Shown: one piece after another, positions 23,046-34,183 of the stretch
Layout: each line of letters begins with the position of its first letter
Numbering within the stretch: the stretch's first letter is position 1
Origin: Octopus bimaculoides
Lineage: Eukaryota
Length of the DNA stretch: 34,700 nucleotides
Reading direction: 5' to 3'
NCBI RefSeq assembly: GCF_001194135.2
Contig: NC_068984.1
Location: 44,731,364 to 44,766,063 of the forward strand
The notes under the pieces: generated by a model
Told to the model about the DNA's origin: nothing
Databases searched by the model: none
The model's input: only the letters and a program-made list of their open reading frames with translations
Translations under genes and position numbers: made by a program

Positions 23046-23257
23046 TGAGAGAGAGAGTCAAGGAGGAAGTGTGAGAGAGAGAGAAAGTGACAGATAGAGA
23101 ACGGTTAAGAGGAGGAGAAGAATTAGAGGAAGTGTGAGAGAGAAAAAAAGAATATAGAAAGAGGAAGAGAGAGAGAGAGAGGAATGGAGATAGTGATAGA
23201 ATAGTGTCGCATGCATATATGTATGCGTGTGTGTGTGTACACACAGACACAGACACA

Positions 23258-23329
<72 letters not shown>

Positions 23330-23732
23330 NNNNNNNNNNNNNNNNNNNNNNNNNNNNNNNNNNNNNNNNNNNNNNNNNNNNNNNNNNNNNNNNNNNNNNN
23401 NNNNNNNNNNNNNNNNNNNNNNNNNNNNNNNNNNNNNNNNNNNNNNNNNNNNNNNNNNNNNNNNNNNNNNNNNNNNNNNNNNNNNNNNNNNNNNNNNNNN
23501 NNNNNNNNNNNNNNNNNNNNNNNNNNNNNNNNNNNNNNNNNNNNNNNNNNNNNNNNNNNNNNNNNNNNNNNNNNNNNNNNNNNNNNNNNNNNNNNNNNNN
23601 NNNNNNNNNNNNNNNNNNNNNNNNNNNNNNNNNNNNNNNNNNNNNNNNNNNNNNNNNNNNNNNNNNNNNNNNNNNNNNNNNNNNNNNNNNNNNNNNNNNN
23701 NNNNNNNNNTATATATATGCGTTACATTTGTA

Positions 23733-24971
23733 TCAGGTTGGTGCAAAAGTAATGTCCGATTTCTAGAAAAAATGTTTCAGAGCGAATTTATCAATTTTTT
23801 AACCTCTTCTTATAGTTTTAAGATATCTCTGTGTCTAATTTGTACTACTTTCTTTCAGATTATCTAACTTCTGGCCATAATTTTACCACCATGTTTGTCC
23901 CATCTGAAGATCACATAAGGAATGTTTTACTCCACGAGTTTCATAAAGGTGTTAATGCAAGTGCGACAGCAAGATCTATTCAGAGCACTTATGGGGATGA
24001 TGTAGTGAATGAATGAAGTTGCAGGAGGTGGTTTTCCCGTTTCCGAAGTGGTGATTTCACTTTGAAAGATGAGCCAAAAGAGGGTTGTCCAAAAAAACTT
24101 GATTCCGAAATGTTCGAAGCTCTTGTTTCAGATAACCCTACCGTTACCACTAGGGAACTTGCAGAACAGTTAAACGTGACCCATATAACTGTGGTACGCC
24201 AGCTAGAACACATTGGAAAGGTTTCAGTGACTGGAAATGGGTCCCTCACGAGCTGTCTGCAGATAAACGACAACAGCGTGCTGCTTGTTGTCAATGATTG
24301 CTTTCGCGACACTTTCAAGCAACATTTTTCGACAGGCTTGTTACAGGTGATGAGAAGTGGATTCTTTACCATGTCAAACGCCGCCGTTCTTGGATCAGTC
24401 GAGGAGGACGGTCAGTTCAACAACCGAGAGCAGGACTTCATCCAAAGAAGATCACGTTGAGTGTATGGTGGGATATTAAAGAAGTAATCCATTATGAACA
24501 GTTGGACAACAATCAAACAATTAATGCTAATCTTTACTGTAAGCAACTTCGTCGTTTGAAAACAGTTCTGAGCCAAAAGCGAGCGTCCTTGGATAACAGA
24601 AATGGTGTCATTTTCCATCACGATAATGCTCGTCCTCATACAGCTCGACTGACCAAATCTCTCTTGGAAGAACTTGGTTGGGAAATACTGCCTTATTCTC
24701 ATGACTTTGCTCCTTCTGATTACCATTTGTTCCGAGGACTATAAAACCATTTTGATGGACTTAGAACAAGAGAAGAGATTGAAAATGTGTTGGATTCATA
24801 TTTTGGTTCTAAACCTACAGAATTTTACAAGCGCGACATTTATAATGTTGTTGAAAGATGGAATGACGTCATTGAAAGCAATGGAGAGTATGTTAAAAAA
24901 TAAATATTTCCATAGTCATTGGCTTATTCATTTTTACCTTAGATCATTAAATCGGATATTACTTTTGCACC
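23733..24971 (+). mobile_element. Near-full-length mariner (DD34D) transposon, decayed
   Basis: TA at 23731-23732, then 5' TIR TCAGGTTGGTGCAAAAGTAATGTCCGATTT. The 3' TIR AAATCGGATATTACTTTTGCACC (24949-24971) matches at 22/23 and runs into a gap. Confidence 0.95.
23891..24903 (+). pseudogene. Mariner transposase pseudogene
   Basis: MFVPSEDHIRNVLLHEFHKG...; helix-turn-helix regions; exact WVPHEL linker; TGDEKW; HDNARPH; YSHDFAPSDY. It has several internal stops, a frameshift near 24225 and a missing HPP. D-D spacing is 31, or 34 if HPP is restored. Confidence 0.95.
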
Positions 24972-25692
24972 NNNNNNNNNNNNNNNNNNNNNNNNNNNNN
25001 NNNNNNNNNNNNNNNNNNNNNNNNNNNNNNNNNNNNNNNNNNNNNNNNNNNNNNNNNNNNNNNNNNNNNNNNNNNNNNNNNNNNNNNNNNNNNNNNNNNN
25101 NNNNNNNNNNNNNNNNNNNNNNNNNNNNNNNNNNNNNNNNNNNNNNNNNNNNNNNNNNNNNNNNNNNNNNNNNNNNNNNNNNNNNNNNNNNNNNNNNNNN
25201 NNNNNNNNNNNNNNNNNNNNNNNNNNNNNNNNNNNNNNNNNNNNNNNNNNNNNNNNNNNNNNNNNNNNNNNNNNNNNNNNNNNNNNNNNNNNNNNNNNNN
25301 NNNNNNNNNNNNNNNNNNNNNNNNNNNNNNNNNNNNNNNNNNNNNNNNNNNNNNNNNNNNNNNNNNNNNNNNNNNNNNNNNNNNNNNNNNNNNNNNNNNN
25401 NNNNNNNNNNNNNNNNNNNNNNNNNNNNNNNNNNNNNNNNNNNNNNNNNNNNNNNNNNNNNNNNNNNNNNNNNNNNNNNNNNNNNNNNNNNNNNNNNNNN
25501 NNNNNNNNNNNNNNNNNNNNNNNNNNNNNNNNNNNNNNNNNNNNNNNNNNNNNNNNNNNNNNNNNNNNNNNNNNNNNNNNNNNNNNNNNNNNNNNNNNNN
25601 NNNNNNNNNNNNNNNNNNNNNNNNNNNNNNNNNNNNNNNNNNNNNNNNNNNNNNNNNNNNNNNNNNNNNNNNNNNNNNNNNNNNNNNNNNNN

Positions 25693-25898
25693 AACTTCAC
25701 ATAGTTCTAGGGAGATTCAACGTAACACAGACTACGACAAGGCCGACCATTTAAAATACTGGTGCTACTCATTTTTTGCCAGCTGAGCGAACTGGAGCAA
25801 CGTGAAATAAAGTTTCCTGCTCTAGGACACAATGCACCGCTGAGAATCGAATTAGCAAGCTTACGATCTCGAGTAGAATACCCTAATCACAACGCACA
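25693..25898 (-). mobile_element. CORE-like tRNA SINE (family D) sharing the family A 3' region
   Basis: The minus strand has TGTGTCCTAGAGCAGGAAACTTTATTTCACGTTGCTCCAG (CORE-like). On the plus strand, CATAGTTCTAGGGAGATTCAACGTAACACAGA...GACAAGGCCGACC matches family A CGTAGTTCTCGGGGATATTCAACGTAACACAGAGTGTGACAAGGCTGACC. Confidence 0.7.
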
Positions 25899-26305
25899 TG
25901 TACATATCGTTGCTATTAGGTAAAAGTGTCGTAAGTCCAAAACTTTGCTTTTTCAGAAAGCGATAAAATAGTCGCACCATTCAATTTCTTTTTACATTAG
26001 CAACAGTTTGAGCTTAACAATAATACTTTGTTGGGTGCATAAAATCGTAACTCCATGAATGTATGGATATTTTCAGTCAGAAATATATTTTTTGCAAAAC
26101 TGTCGTATGTGGGACGTACTGCACTTTTGAAAAATGCTAAACCGTTGTACTACACTTTGACAATTTTTATATCTTGGGATCTGAAGTAGCTGGAGATACG
26201 ATAGTTTGACCAAAAGAATTGGCTATTGCAAGCAAAATTTAATATTGAAAAAAAAAAGTATTTGGCCAAAATTGAACATACGACAGTTTAACATAACGAT
26301 GTATG

Positions 26306-26339
<34 letters not shown>

Positions 26340-26766
26340 TGTATGTATGTATGTATGTATGAATACATGCATGTATGCATGTATGTATGTTTGTATGTAT
26401 GTATACACACACGAGCTCACACATAATCACATCACGTATATATATAGTACACACACACATACAGTCATTAATTATGCACATACACACACACACACACACT
26501 GAGTCATTAATTATGCTCATTTCATATATAAATTCTTTTTGTATTGACAGAAGGATTAGTTGAGCGTGCATCACCACACAATGGACACTCTCTTTGTAAT
26601 CCCTACAACTCAGGCTTCAACGCGAGACTCTAATAAACTTGTTGTTATTGAATCAACCATAGCCAAGTTTGCGGTGAAAGATTTCAGAAACAGAAAGAAC
26701 CATGACTAATATGCGTATTATTTGCCACTTCATCAATAACTATCCGGTATTAATTAATCAGAACCA

Positions 26767-26912
26767 GGAGCAGGCGTGTCTGTACGGTAAGAAGTTTGTT
26801 TCCAAACCACATTGTTTCGAGTTTAGTTGGAACAATGTTCCTTCTACTATAGTCTCGGGCCGACTAAAGCCTTAGAGTAAATTTGGTAGAAACTGAAAGA
26901 ATCCCATCGTTT
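26767..26912 (+). mobile_element. SINE family B, 5' half with internal deletion
   Basis: GGAGCAGGCGTGTCTGTACGGTAAGAAGTTTGTTTCCAAACCAC...CTTCTACTATAGTCTCGGGCCGACTAAAGCC. Confidence 0.8.
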
Positions 26913-26974
26913 ATGCATGTGTGTGTATATACATACATACATACATAATATATATATATATATATATATATATT

Positions 26975-27176
26975 ACGGAGATGTACTTGCATAGCAAGTG
27001 ACCTGATCTGAGATTGTGTGCAGGAACGAAAACAATTGCAGCGTGGAAGGTATTTATAAGCCATTTAAAATAACACACAAAGGCCGTTAGATTCACTTCA
27101 ACATTTAAATTTAATTTGTCAAAATATTTTCGTCGCTTTGAGACCGCGACCTGTTCACTAGCACAGAATTTTGTCA
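26975..27176. repeat. Dispersed repeat fragment, possibly Penelope-like terminus, running into a gap
   Basis: Contains a GTCGC/GCGAC hairpin next to GAAA on the minus strand and a TTTGTCA direct repeat (27115-27121, 27170-27176). Family assignment is by recall only. Confidence 0.4.
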
Positions 27177-27920
27177 NNNNNNNNNNNNNNNNNNNNNNNN
27201 NNNNNNNNNNNNNNNNNNNNNNNNNNNNNNNNNNNNNNNNNNNNNNNNNNNNNNNNNNNNNNNNNNNNNNNNNNNNNNNNNNNNNNNNNNNNNNNNNNNN
27301 NNNNNNNNNNNNNNNNNNNNNNNNNNNNNNNNNNNNNNNNNNNNNNNNNNNNNNNNNNNNNNNNNNNNNNNNNNNNNNNNNNNNNNNNNNNNNNNNNNNN
27401 NNNNNNNNNNNNNNNNNNNNNNNNNNNNNNNNNNNNNNNNNNNNNNNNNNNNNNNNNNNNNNNNNNNNNNNNNNNNNNNNNNNNNNNNNNNNNNNNNNNN
27501 NNNNNNNNNNNNNNNNNNNNNNNNNNNNNNNNNNNNNNNNNNNNNNNNNNNNNNNNNNNNNNNNNNNNNNNNNNNNNNNNNNNNNNNNNNNNNNNNNNNN
27601 NNNNNNNNNNNNNNNNNNNNNNNNNNNNNNNNNNNNNNNNNNNNNNNNNNNNNNNNNNNNNNNNNNNNNNNNNNNNNNNNNNNNNNNNNNNNNNNNNNNN
27701 NNNNNNNNNNNNNNNNNNNNNNNNNNNNNNNNNNNNNNNNNNNNNNNNNNNNNNNNNNNNNNNNNNNNNNNNNNNNNNNNNNNNNNNNNNNNNNNNNNNN
27801 NNNNNNNNNNNNNNNNNNNNNNNNNNNNNNNNNNNNNNNNNNNNNNNNNNNNNNNNNNNNNNNNNNNNNNNNNNNNNNNNNNNNNNNNNNNNNNNNNNNN
27901 NNNNNNNNNNNNNNNNNNNN

Positions 27921-28089
27921 ACACTCTCTGAGTGGTTGGCGTTAGGAAGGGCATCCAGCTGTAGAAACTCTGCCAAATCAGATTGGAGCCTGGTGTTGCC
28001 ATCCGGTTTCACCAGTCCTCAGTCAAATCGTCCAACCCATGCTAGCATGGAAAGCGGACGTTAAACGATGAAGATGATGATGATGATGA

Positions 28090-28093
<4 letters not shown>
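27921..28093 (+). mobile_element. 3' part of a SINE/retroposon with (GAT)n tail
   Basis: GAGTGGTTGGCGTTAGGAAGGGCATCCAGCTGTAGAAA (resembling a Meta-type conserved SINE domain, tentative)...GCGGACGTTAAACGATGAAGATGATGATG. The head is lost in a gap. Confidence 0.75.
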
Positions 28094-28123
<30 letters not shown>

Positions 28124-28319
28124 GAGAGAATTGGGCGAAACTACGTGGACATTCAAGATTCCGACTAAAGATGGAATTGGCTGCGAATGATTCGTGTATC
28201 TTGTTTTGTTCTGTTTGCCGTTGTTGTGCTATCGTCCTTTTACTGCATGTTATGTTTTGACGATCTCCGTTTGTTGTGTTTTTTTACCTTTGATTCATAT
28301 ATATGTTTATGTTTATGTG

Positions 28320-28455
28320 TGCGTGTTTGTCTCTGTGTCATTGTGTCTGTGTTTGTACCCCACTGTCACTTGACGACCGGTGTTGGTGTGTTTATATCTC
28401 CGTAACGTAGCTGTTCGGCTAAAGAAATCAGTAGAATAAATACCGAGCTTCACAA

Positions 28456-28511
<56 letters not shown>

Positions 28512-28575
28512 GTACTGGGGCTGATTCGCTTGACTAAAAACTTCTTCAAGGTGGTACCCCAGGAGGGCCACAGAC
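28320..28575 (+). mobile_element. SINE family B, 3' half with internal (AAT)18 expansion
   Basis: Matches the 7480-7640 region on both sides of the AAT run at 28456-28509. Confidence 0.8.
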
Positions 28576-28889
28576 TCCTAAAGTGTTGTCATCTGCACAG
28601 GACATAGTTGGGTGATCAGCTCCTTTAAAACAGGACACTTGTGCAACTGTTTTGTAACTATTCCGTCTATTTGGAGACAGACGTTGCGGCGACAATATAT
28701 ACTATTCTCGTATTGTACTGAAAGTCTTCAGAGGAACCTCGCCCCTGATAAACCTTCTGTGCACAGAAAACGGTCCACTGAAAATTGCTGCAATTTGGAG
28801 CAAACAGTAAGTAGAGCGGCTATGGTTTACGTAATAACCTTTCTACTAATGGCATACAAACTAAAATTTTTGCGTGAGTGCGTATGGTG

Positions 28890-29068
28890 GTGGAGGGGTC
28901 TATTCGATAACCTCGATCTCCAATGCTCAATTTGGAAATTATTTTATCGACGCAGAAAGAATAAAAAGCCAAGTCGATCTCGACGGAATTTGAACTCAGA
29001 ACGTAAAACAAGAAGTACCGCTAAGCATTATTTCCGGCGTGCTAACGTTTTTAGAAGCTCGCCGTCCT
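28890..29068 (-). mobile_element. tRNA-derived SINE family C
   Basis: Minus-strand head GGACGGCGAGCTTCTAAAAACGTTAGCACGCCGG...GTTCTGAGTTCAAATTCCGTCGAG (B box). Confidence 0.8.
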
Positions 29069-29079
29069 TCTACTATTGT

Positions 29080-29270
29080 CACAATGCCTGTAACTTTCCG
29101 GGAGGGGACTAGTCGATAATATGAAGTGCGTAACTGATACTTATTTAATCGACCTCGAAAGGTGGAAAGCAAAGTCAACCTCGGCGTAAGTTGAACTCAG
29201 AACGTAAAGACGGTTGAAATGCCGCTAAGCATTTTGTCCGGCGTGATAACGATCGTGCCAGCTCACCGCC
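29080..29270 (-). mobile_element. tRNA-derived SINE family C (second, tandem copy)
   Basis: Minus-strand head GGCGGTGAGCTGGCACGATCGTTATCACGCCGG...GTTCTGAGTTCAACTTACGCCGAGG. Confidence 0.85.
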
Positions 29271-29276
29271 ATTATG

Positions 29277-30008
29277 CTTCATGCAATAACAATAACAAGT
29301 AAATGTTTCATGTTCAAACCTGCTTCACATGAGGGAGACAATATCTAGTGATGTTTGCACAACTAATTTTTCTGCCAGCAGTAAAAAGTATAATTGCATT
29401 ACGGATAATAAATGACGCATCCTCGTATACATATATACATACAAACATACATGTTGTTGTTGGCACTCCATCGCTTACGACGTCGAGGGTTCCAGTTGAT
29501 CCGGTCAACGGAACAGCCTGCTCGTGAAATTAACGTGCAAGTGGCTGAGCACTCCACAGACACGTGTACCCTTAACGTAGTTCTCGGGGATATTCAACGT
29601 AACACAGAGTGTGACAAGGCTGACCCTTTGAATTATAGGCACAACAGAAACAGGAAGTAAGAGTGAGAGAAAGTTGTGGTGAAAGAATACAGCAGGGTTC
29701 GCCACCATCCCCTGTCGGAGCCTCGTGGAGCTTTAGGTGTTTTCGCTCAATAAACACTCACAACGCCCGGTCTGGGAATCGAAACCGCGATCCTATCACC
29801 GTGAGGCCGCTGCCCTAACCACTGGGCCATTGCGCCTCCACTTCACGTAATAACAATAACAGATAAATGTTTCATGTTCAAACCTGCTTCACGAGAGGGA
29901 GACAATAACCAGTGACAACTAATTTTTCTGTCAGCAGTAAAAAGTATAATTGCATTACGGATAATAAATGACGCATCCTCGTATATATACATACATACAT
30001 ACATACAT
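29277..30008 (+). repeat. ~170-bp direct repeats (29277-29452 and 29841-~30008) flanking the SINE
   Basis: Manual alignment gives about 11 substitutions plus one 8-nt indel (TGTTTGCA). Confidence 0.9.
29453..29841 (-). mobile_element. Full-length tRNA-derived SINE family A with (CAA)n tail
   Basis: A box TGGCCCAGTGG, B box GTTTCGATTCC and tail GGAGTGCCAACAACAAC. About 95% similar to the split copy at 5471-6542. Confidence 0.92.
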
Positions 30009-30035
30009 TCCTACATACATACATACATACATTCC

Positions 30036-30066
<31 letters not shown>

Positions 30067-30389
30067 GTACAAATATTCATACATATGTACATGTGTGCAT
30101 TTGTATGTGTATGGATCTGTATATATATAATGTAAAATTAGTGTGGGGTAAACATACGTGGATTTCTTTAAATGATATTCGAGATTCACTTTTCCGTTAC
30201 CTCTTAATAAATTTTATATGGAGACTGGTCATAACCCAACAAAATTTCTAATTGGTTGTGGAGCACTCTCTGCGAATAGATGTTACAATTAGACCTACAA
30301 AGGTGTGCTTTATGAGGGTTATGTGCGTCTAATTACCACACACATACACTCTCACACGTCTTATATCTGTTTATATACGTGTGTATGCA

Positions 30390-30423
<34 letters not shown>

Positions 30424-30898
30424 NNNNNNNNNNNNNNNNNNNNNNNNNNNNNNNNNNNNNNNNNNNNNNNNNNNNNNNNNNNNNNNNNNNNNNNNNNNNN
30501 NNNNNNNNNNNNNNNNNNNNNNNNNNNNNNNNNNNNNNNNNNNNNNNNNNNNNNNNNNNNNNNNNNNNNNNNNNNNNNNNNNNNNNNNNNNNNNNNNNNN
30601 NNNNNNNNNNNNNNNNNNNNNNNNNNNNNNNNNNNNNNNNNNNNNNNNNNNNNNNNNNNNNNNNNNNNNNNNNNNNNNNNNNNNNNNTATTTAAGAAACA
30701 GAGACAGGATACTTCGACTACAGAGATTCTATATCACCGGCAGTTACTATAATGATAAGATGTCCTTCACTTCCGCTACGATTCCATTTCCGGCGGATGT
30801 TTTTAATTTCACAACAACACTATTTTGTTCTAAATAGAAATTTCCCATTTGCATGAGGGTGTGATTCCCATTGAAAAGTGGCTTTCATTCAATGGATT

Positions 30899-30956
<58 letters not shown>

Positions 30957-31293
30957 TTCCTTCCTTCCTTCATTATATCAAACATATTCGTGCATGACAT
31001 CAAAGCACGTGATCACACACTCGCCTATATATATATGTGTGTATATATATAATATATATATATATACACATCTATATATATGTCTATATATACATGTATA
31101 AATATATGTGTATATATACAGATGGATAGATAGATGTATGTATGCATATTATGAATTTGTGCGTGCTAGTTTTGTACGTATAGGAGTAAATGTATACATC
31201 TATATACGTAGCAACGAAAATTGTATATATACCACACTTTTGTACATCTTATTACTTGTATATATGTATATATACATATGCACATACGAATGC

Positions 31294-31387
31294 AAACACA
31301 CGCACACATCATGTACACACATGCACACACACATGCACACAAACACACGCACACATCATGTACACACATGCACACACACATGCACAC
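31294..31387 (+). repeat. Two exact 47-bp tandem units built from CA-microsatellite variants
   Basis: AAACACACGCACACATCATGTACACACATGCACACACACATGCACAC occurs twice. Confidence 0.9.
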
Positions 31388-32288
31388 ACACATATGCACA
31401 CACACATGCATAAATATCATAAATTAAATTCCCTGGTACACATACCAGTGCAATGGAAGAAATATATTAGACACCTTTCTATTTCGAAGTTTCGAGGCAA
31501 TCTTTACCATTCACGTGAGGTATTCCTGTCAAAATTCGAACTCAGATCTGTGAACGAAATAATCGCCACAACGGAAATGTTTTGATATCATCACATATCC
31601 AATATGGATATGTCACATATGGACGGTCTCATCAGGTACTGTTTCATCGGTTGCCTCCTCATTTTGAAGAATGAAAAGCTAATAGGTCTTAATCCTAGCT
31701 TAGTTTTGACAAAATACCAAACCCCATATTTCAAAGGTAGCATAAAATGCAAAGGTTTTATCGCTTAAGCTCTATTCGAGGTCATCAGGAGCATAAGTAA
31801 AATTAAATCCCTTCAAATGCAACTGAAAATGTCTCCTAGTATCGGCTAAGTAGGTACTTACTTCTTACTTCAAGTAATTGTCACAATCTGTAAGATTTTT
31901 AATCACAGAATTAAACTCTCTTTGTCCTACTACTGAAAACTGTGTAACAAACAAAACACTGTAGGAAAATACAACAGTAGTTTGTGTATATGAGCAGTTT
32001 ATATTTATCAGAAAAGGATATCACATGTGTGTGTGTGTGTGTGTGTGTGTGCGTGCGCGCGCGTTCGCGTGTATATACGAGAGATGCTGTAAAGTTCCTG
32101 GCTTTAAAGGTGTCACGAAAGGCCTCACTGGAAGCCCAACATTCCAAGTTCTTTTACAGGGCTCAGAAAAACTGAAGGACCGCTGCAATAAGAGGGGATT
32201 ATGTTGGATAAAATCATAATTAACTGATCTGCCTGTATTTTCTTTTACATAAAGGCAAAAACTTTTCAGCACTCCTCTTGTATATAAT

Positions 32289-32363
<75 letters not shown>

Positions 32364-33469
32364 GTGCTATTTGAGGCCATAACAGTCTTTAAGTAATTAT
32401 CAGTTCTAAATGAAAAACTAAGCTAGAAAATGTGGTGGGGGACAATAACAAGAAAAGAAAGCAATAAGTATCTAGACGAGTCGCTAAGTTGGAATATGTA
32501 GATATTTTTATTCACGTTTATTAAGGATATCCACGTTATTAATCTTTTACCTTTAGGTTGGTATAGGTCACCAGCTAGAGCTGGTGAAATAAATACATGT
32601 CTAGATATTGTTGTTGCTATTGGTCATCCTCAGGTCAGTCTTTATTAAGAAGGCGAACTTACGAAAGAAAACGATCTAGTTGAGACCATACATTTTCCAA
32701 AATTATGTTTTTCAGATATATGTATCTAGAACTACAATATTCTTTGTTTTAAGGCTGTAAATTGCGATTTAAGGGAAATTTGGTTGCAATTTCTAGTAGT
32801 TCGAGGGATTACGTAAAAGTGGACCTTCTTTAGGATTGTTTACAATATCACACACAGGTGGACGCTCAAGTGATAATGTAGTAATTTAGCAGAAATGCTG
32901 TCACCTCAATCAAATATGCATGTACATACTAGATTTTTCTTATCAATAGAAGTATAGCAAACAGTTTGCTAGTTTGTTGTTCCTGCTCATAAAAACAAAG
33001 ACGGGAAATGCAATGTTTATGCTCTTCGAAGCATTATTAAAGACGCTCATGACATCTGTTTAAGTGAAAACACAATAGAGATTCCGTCAATGGTCAATCT
33101 CACGCTATTTAATAGCAACACGAGCTTCTTTTTTCTACTTTTTATGAGAATTGTTGTTTCATCTTCGAGAAAAGAAACCAGAGTCTACCAGTTATCAATC
33201 GCTCTCTGCTGTTTGCATTTTTATAATCTCTTCCCTGGAGACCAGAGTGAAGCGATGCCGTACAAGAACCGAAAATATATCATAAAGTAGATGATTTCTA
33301 AGAAATGAAGAAAGGGAGAAATAACATTCAGAAGAAAGAAAATAGTCGATTATTTCGATAGCTCTGCTCGACCGGCACATTAATCAAAATCAAGGAATGT
33401 GAAAGACTAAGGAGAATTCGAAACGCAAATTACATAACAAAATACAACATCGTATTTCGGCCATTGCTC

Positions 33470-33670
33470 TGATAACTGTTTCTAACATAGGCACAAGGCC
33501 AGTATTTTTGAGGGGAGGGTGTTACCCCAGTATTTGACTGATACTATCACTCTAATAATTCTTTCTAACATAAGCACAGGACCAGACTTTGGAGGTTAAT
33601 CGATTAAATCGACCTCAGTACTTTATTGAAAAGTAGGATTTAAACTCAGAAAATGAAATGCCAGAACAAA
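33470..33670 (-). mobile_element. Degenerate SINE fragment with a duplicated tail motif
   Basis: TTTCTAACATA(G/A)GCACA(A/G)G(G/A)CCAG occurs twice (about 33479 and 33563). ATCGATTAAATCGACC and TTTAAACTCAGAA resemble family C. Confidence 0.5.
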
Positions 33671-34040
33671 TACTGCAAATTATTTTATCTAACTATTTCT
33701 GCCAATCGATCCGCCACTTCGCCAAATAATGATAGCAAGTACTTTAGACAAACACCACTCGACACTAAAATACACAGATGTACAGATTATGAGAATATTA
33801 TGCTGCCATTACATACGATATACAATCACCATCCGACAAAATATCACAACTTATCATTGCACATATACTATGCAATAGTTAGATAAAGCACTAAAGTAAC
33901 ATTGTCAACGACAAAATGAACCCTGATGGTACATTAGAAAACTTACATGAAGTTGTTGAATATATTATATGGTGATAATTTTCTTGTCTGCTATAGGTTT
34001 TTGAGGAAGCAACTAGTCCATTACATCACCCTAATGTGGG

Positions 34041-34172
34041 CAGCAGGTACTTACTTCAGCGATCCTATAAGGATGATAATCAAAATCAACGTGGTGGAAT
34101 TTGAACTCAGAATGGTAGAAACGCCGCTAAACTTTTTGTCCGACATGATGATGATTCTACCAGTTTGCTGCA
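34041..34172 (-). mobile_element. Degenerate SINE family C fragment
   Basis: GGAATTTGAACTCAGAATG...GCCGCTAAAC...TCCGACATG...GATTCTACCAGTT. Confidence 0.7.
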
Positions 34173-34183
34173 CTAGATATGAC

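Noticed and set aside
28681-28812. Possible plus-strand exon ending at CA|GTAAGT (28807)
   Set aside because: Weak acceptor, no recognisable protein, and surrounded by SINEs.
12512-30837. Many long ORFs in the supplied track (e.g. 15340-16500, 21486-22689, 24674-25786, 26911-28064)
   Set aside because: They run through N-gaps or dinucleotide/tetranucleotide repeats (X, YIYI, CVCV, THTH, LSLS strings) and have no protein-like content.
31575-31640. Minus-strand CTGATGAGAC followed by a perfect 8-bp hairpin (ACATATCC/GGATATGT)
   Set aside because: The GAAA half-core reads AAAAC and stem I does not pair; at best a very old relic.
32973-33290. 106-codon stop-free plus-strand frame
   Set aside because: No known motif and no convincing splice or start signals; compatible with chance.
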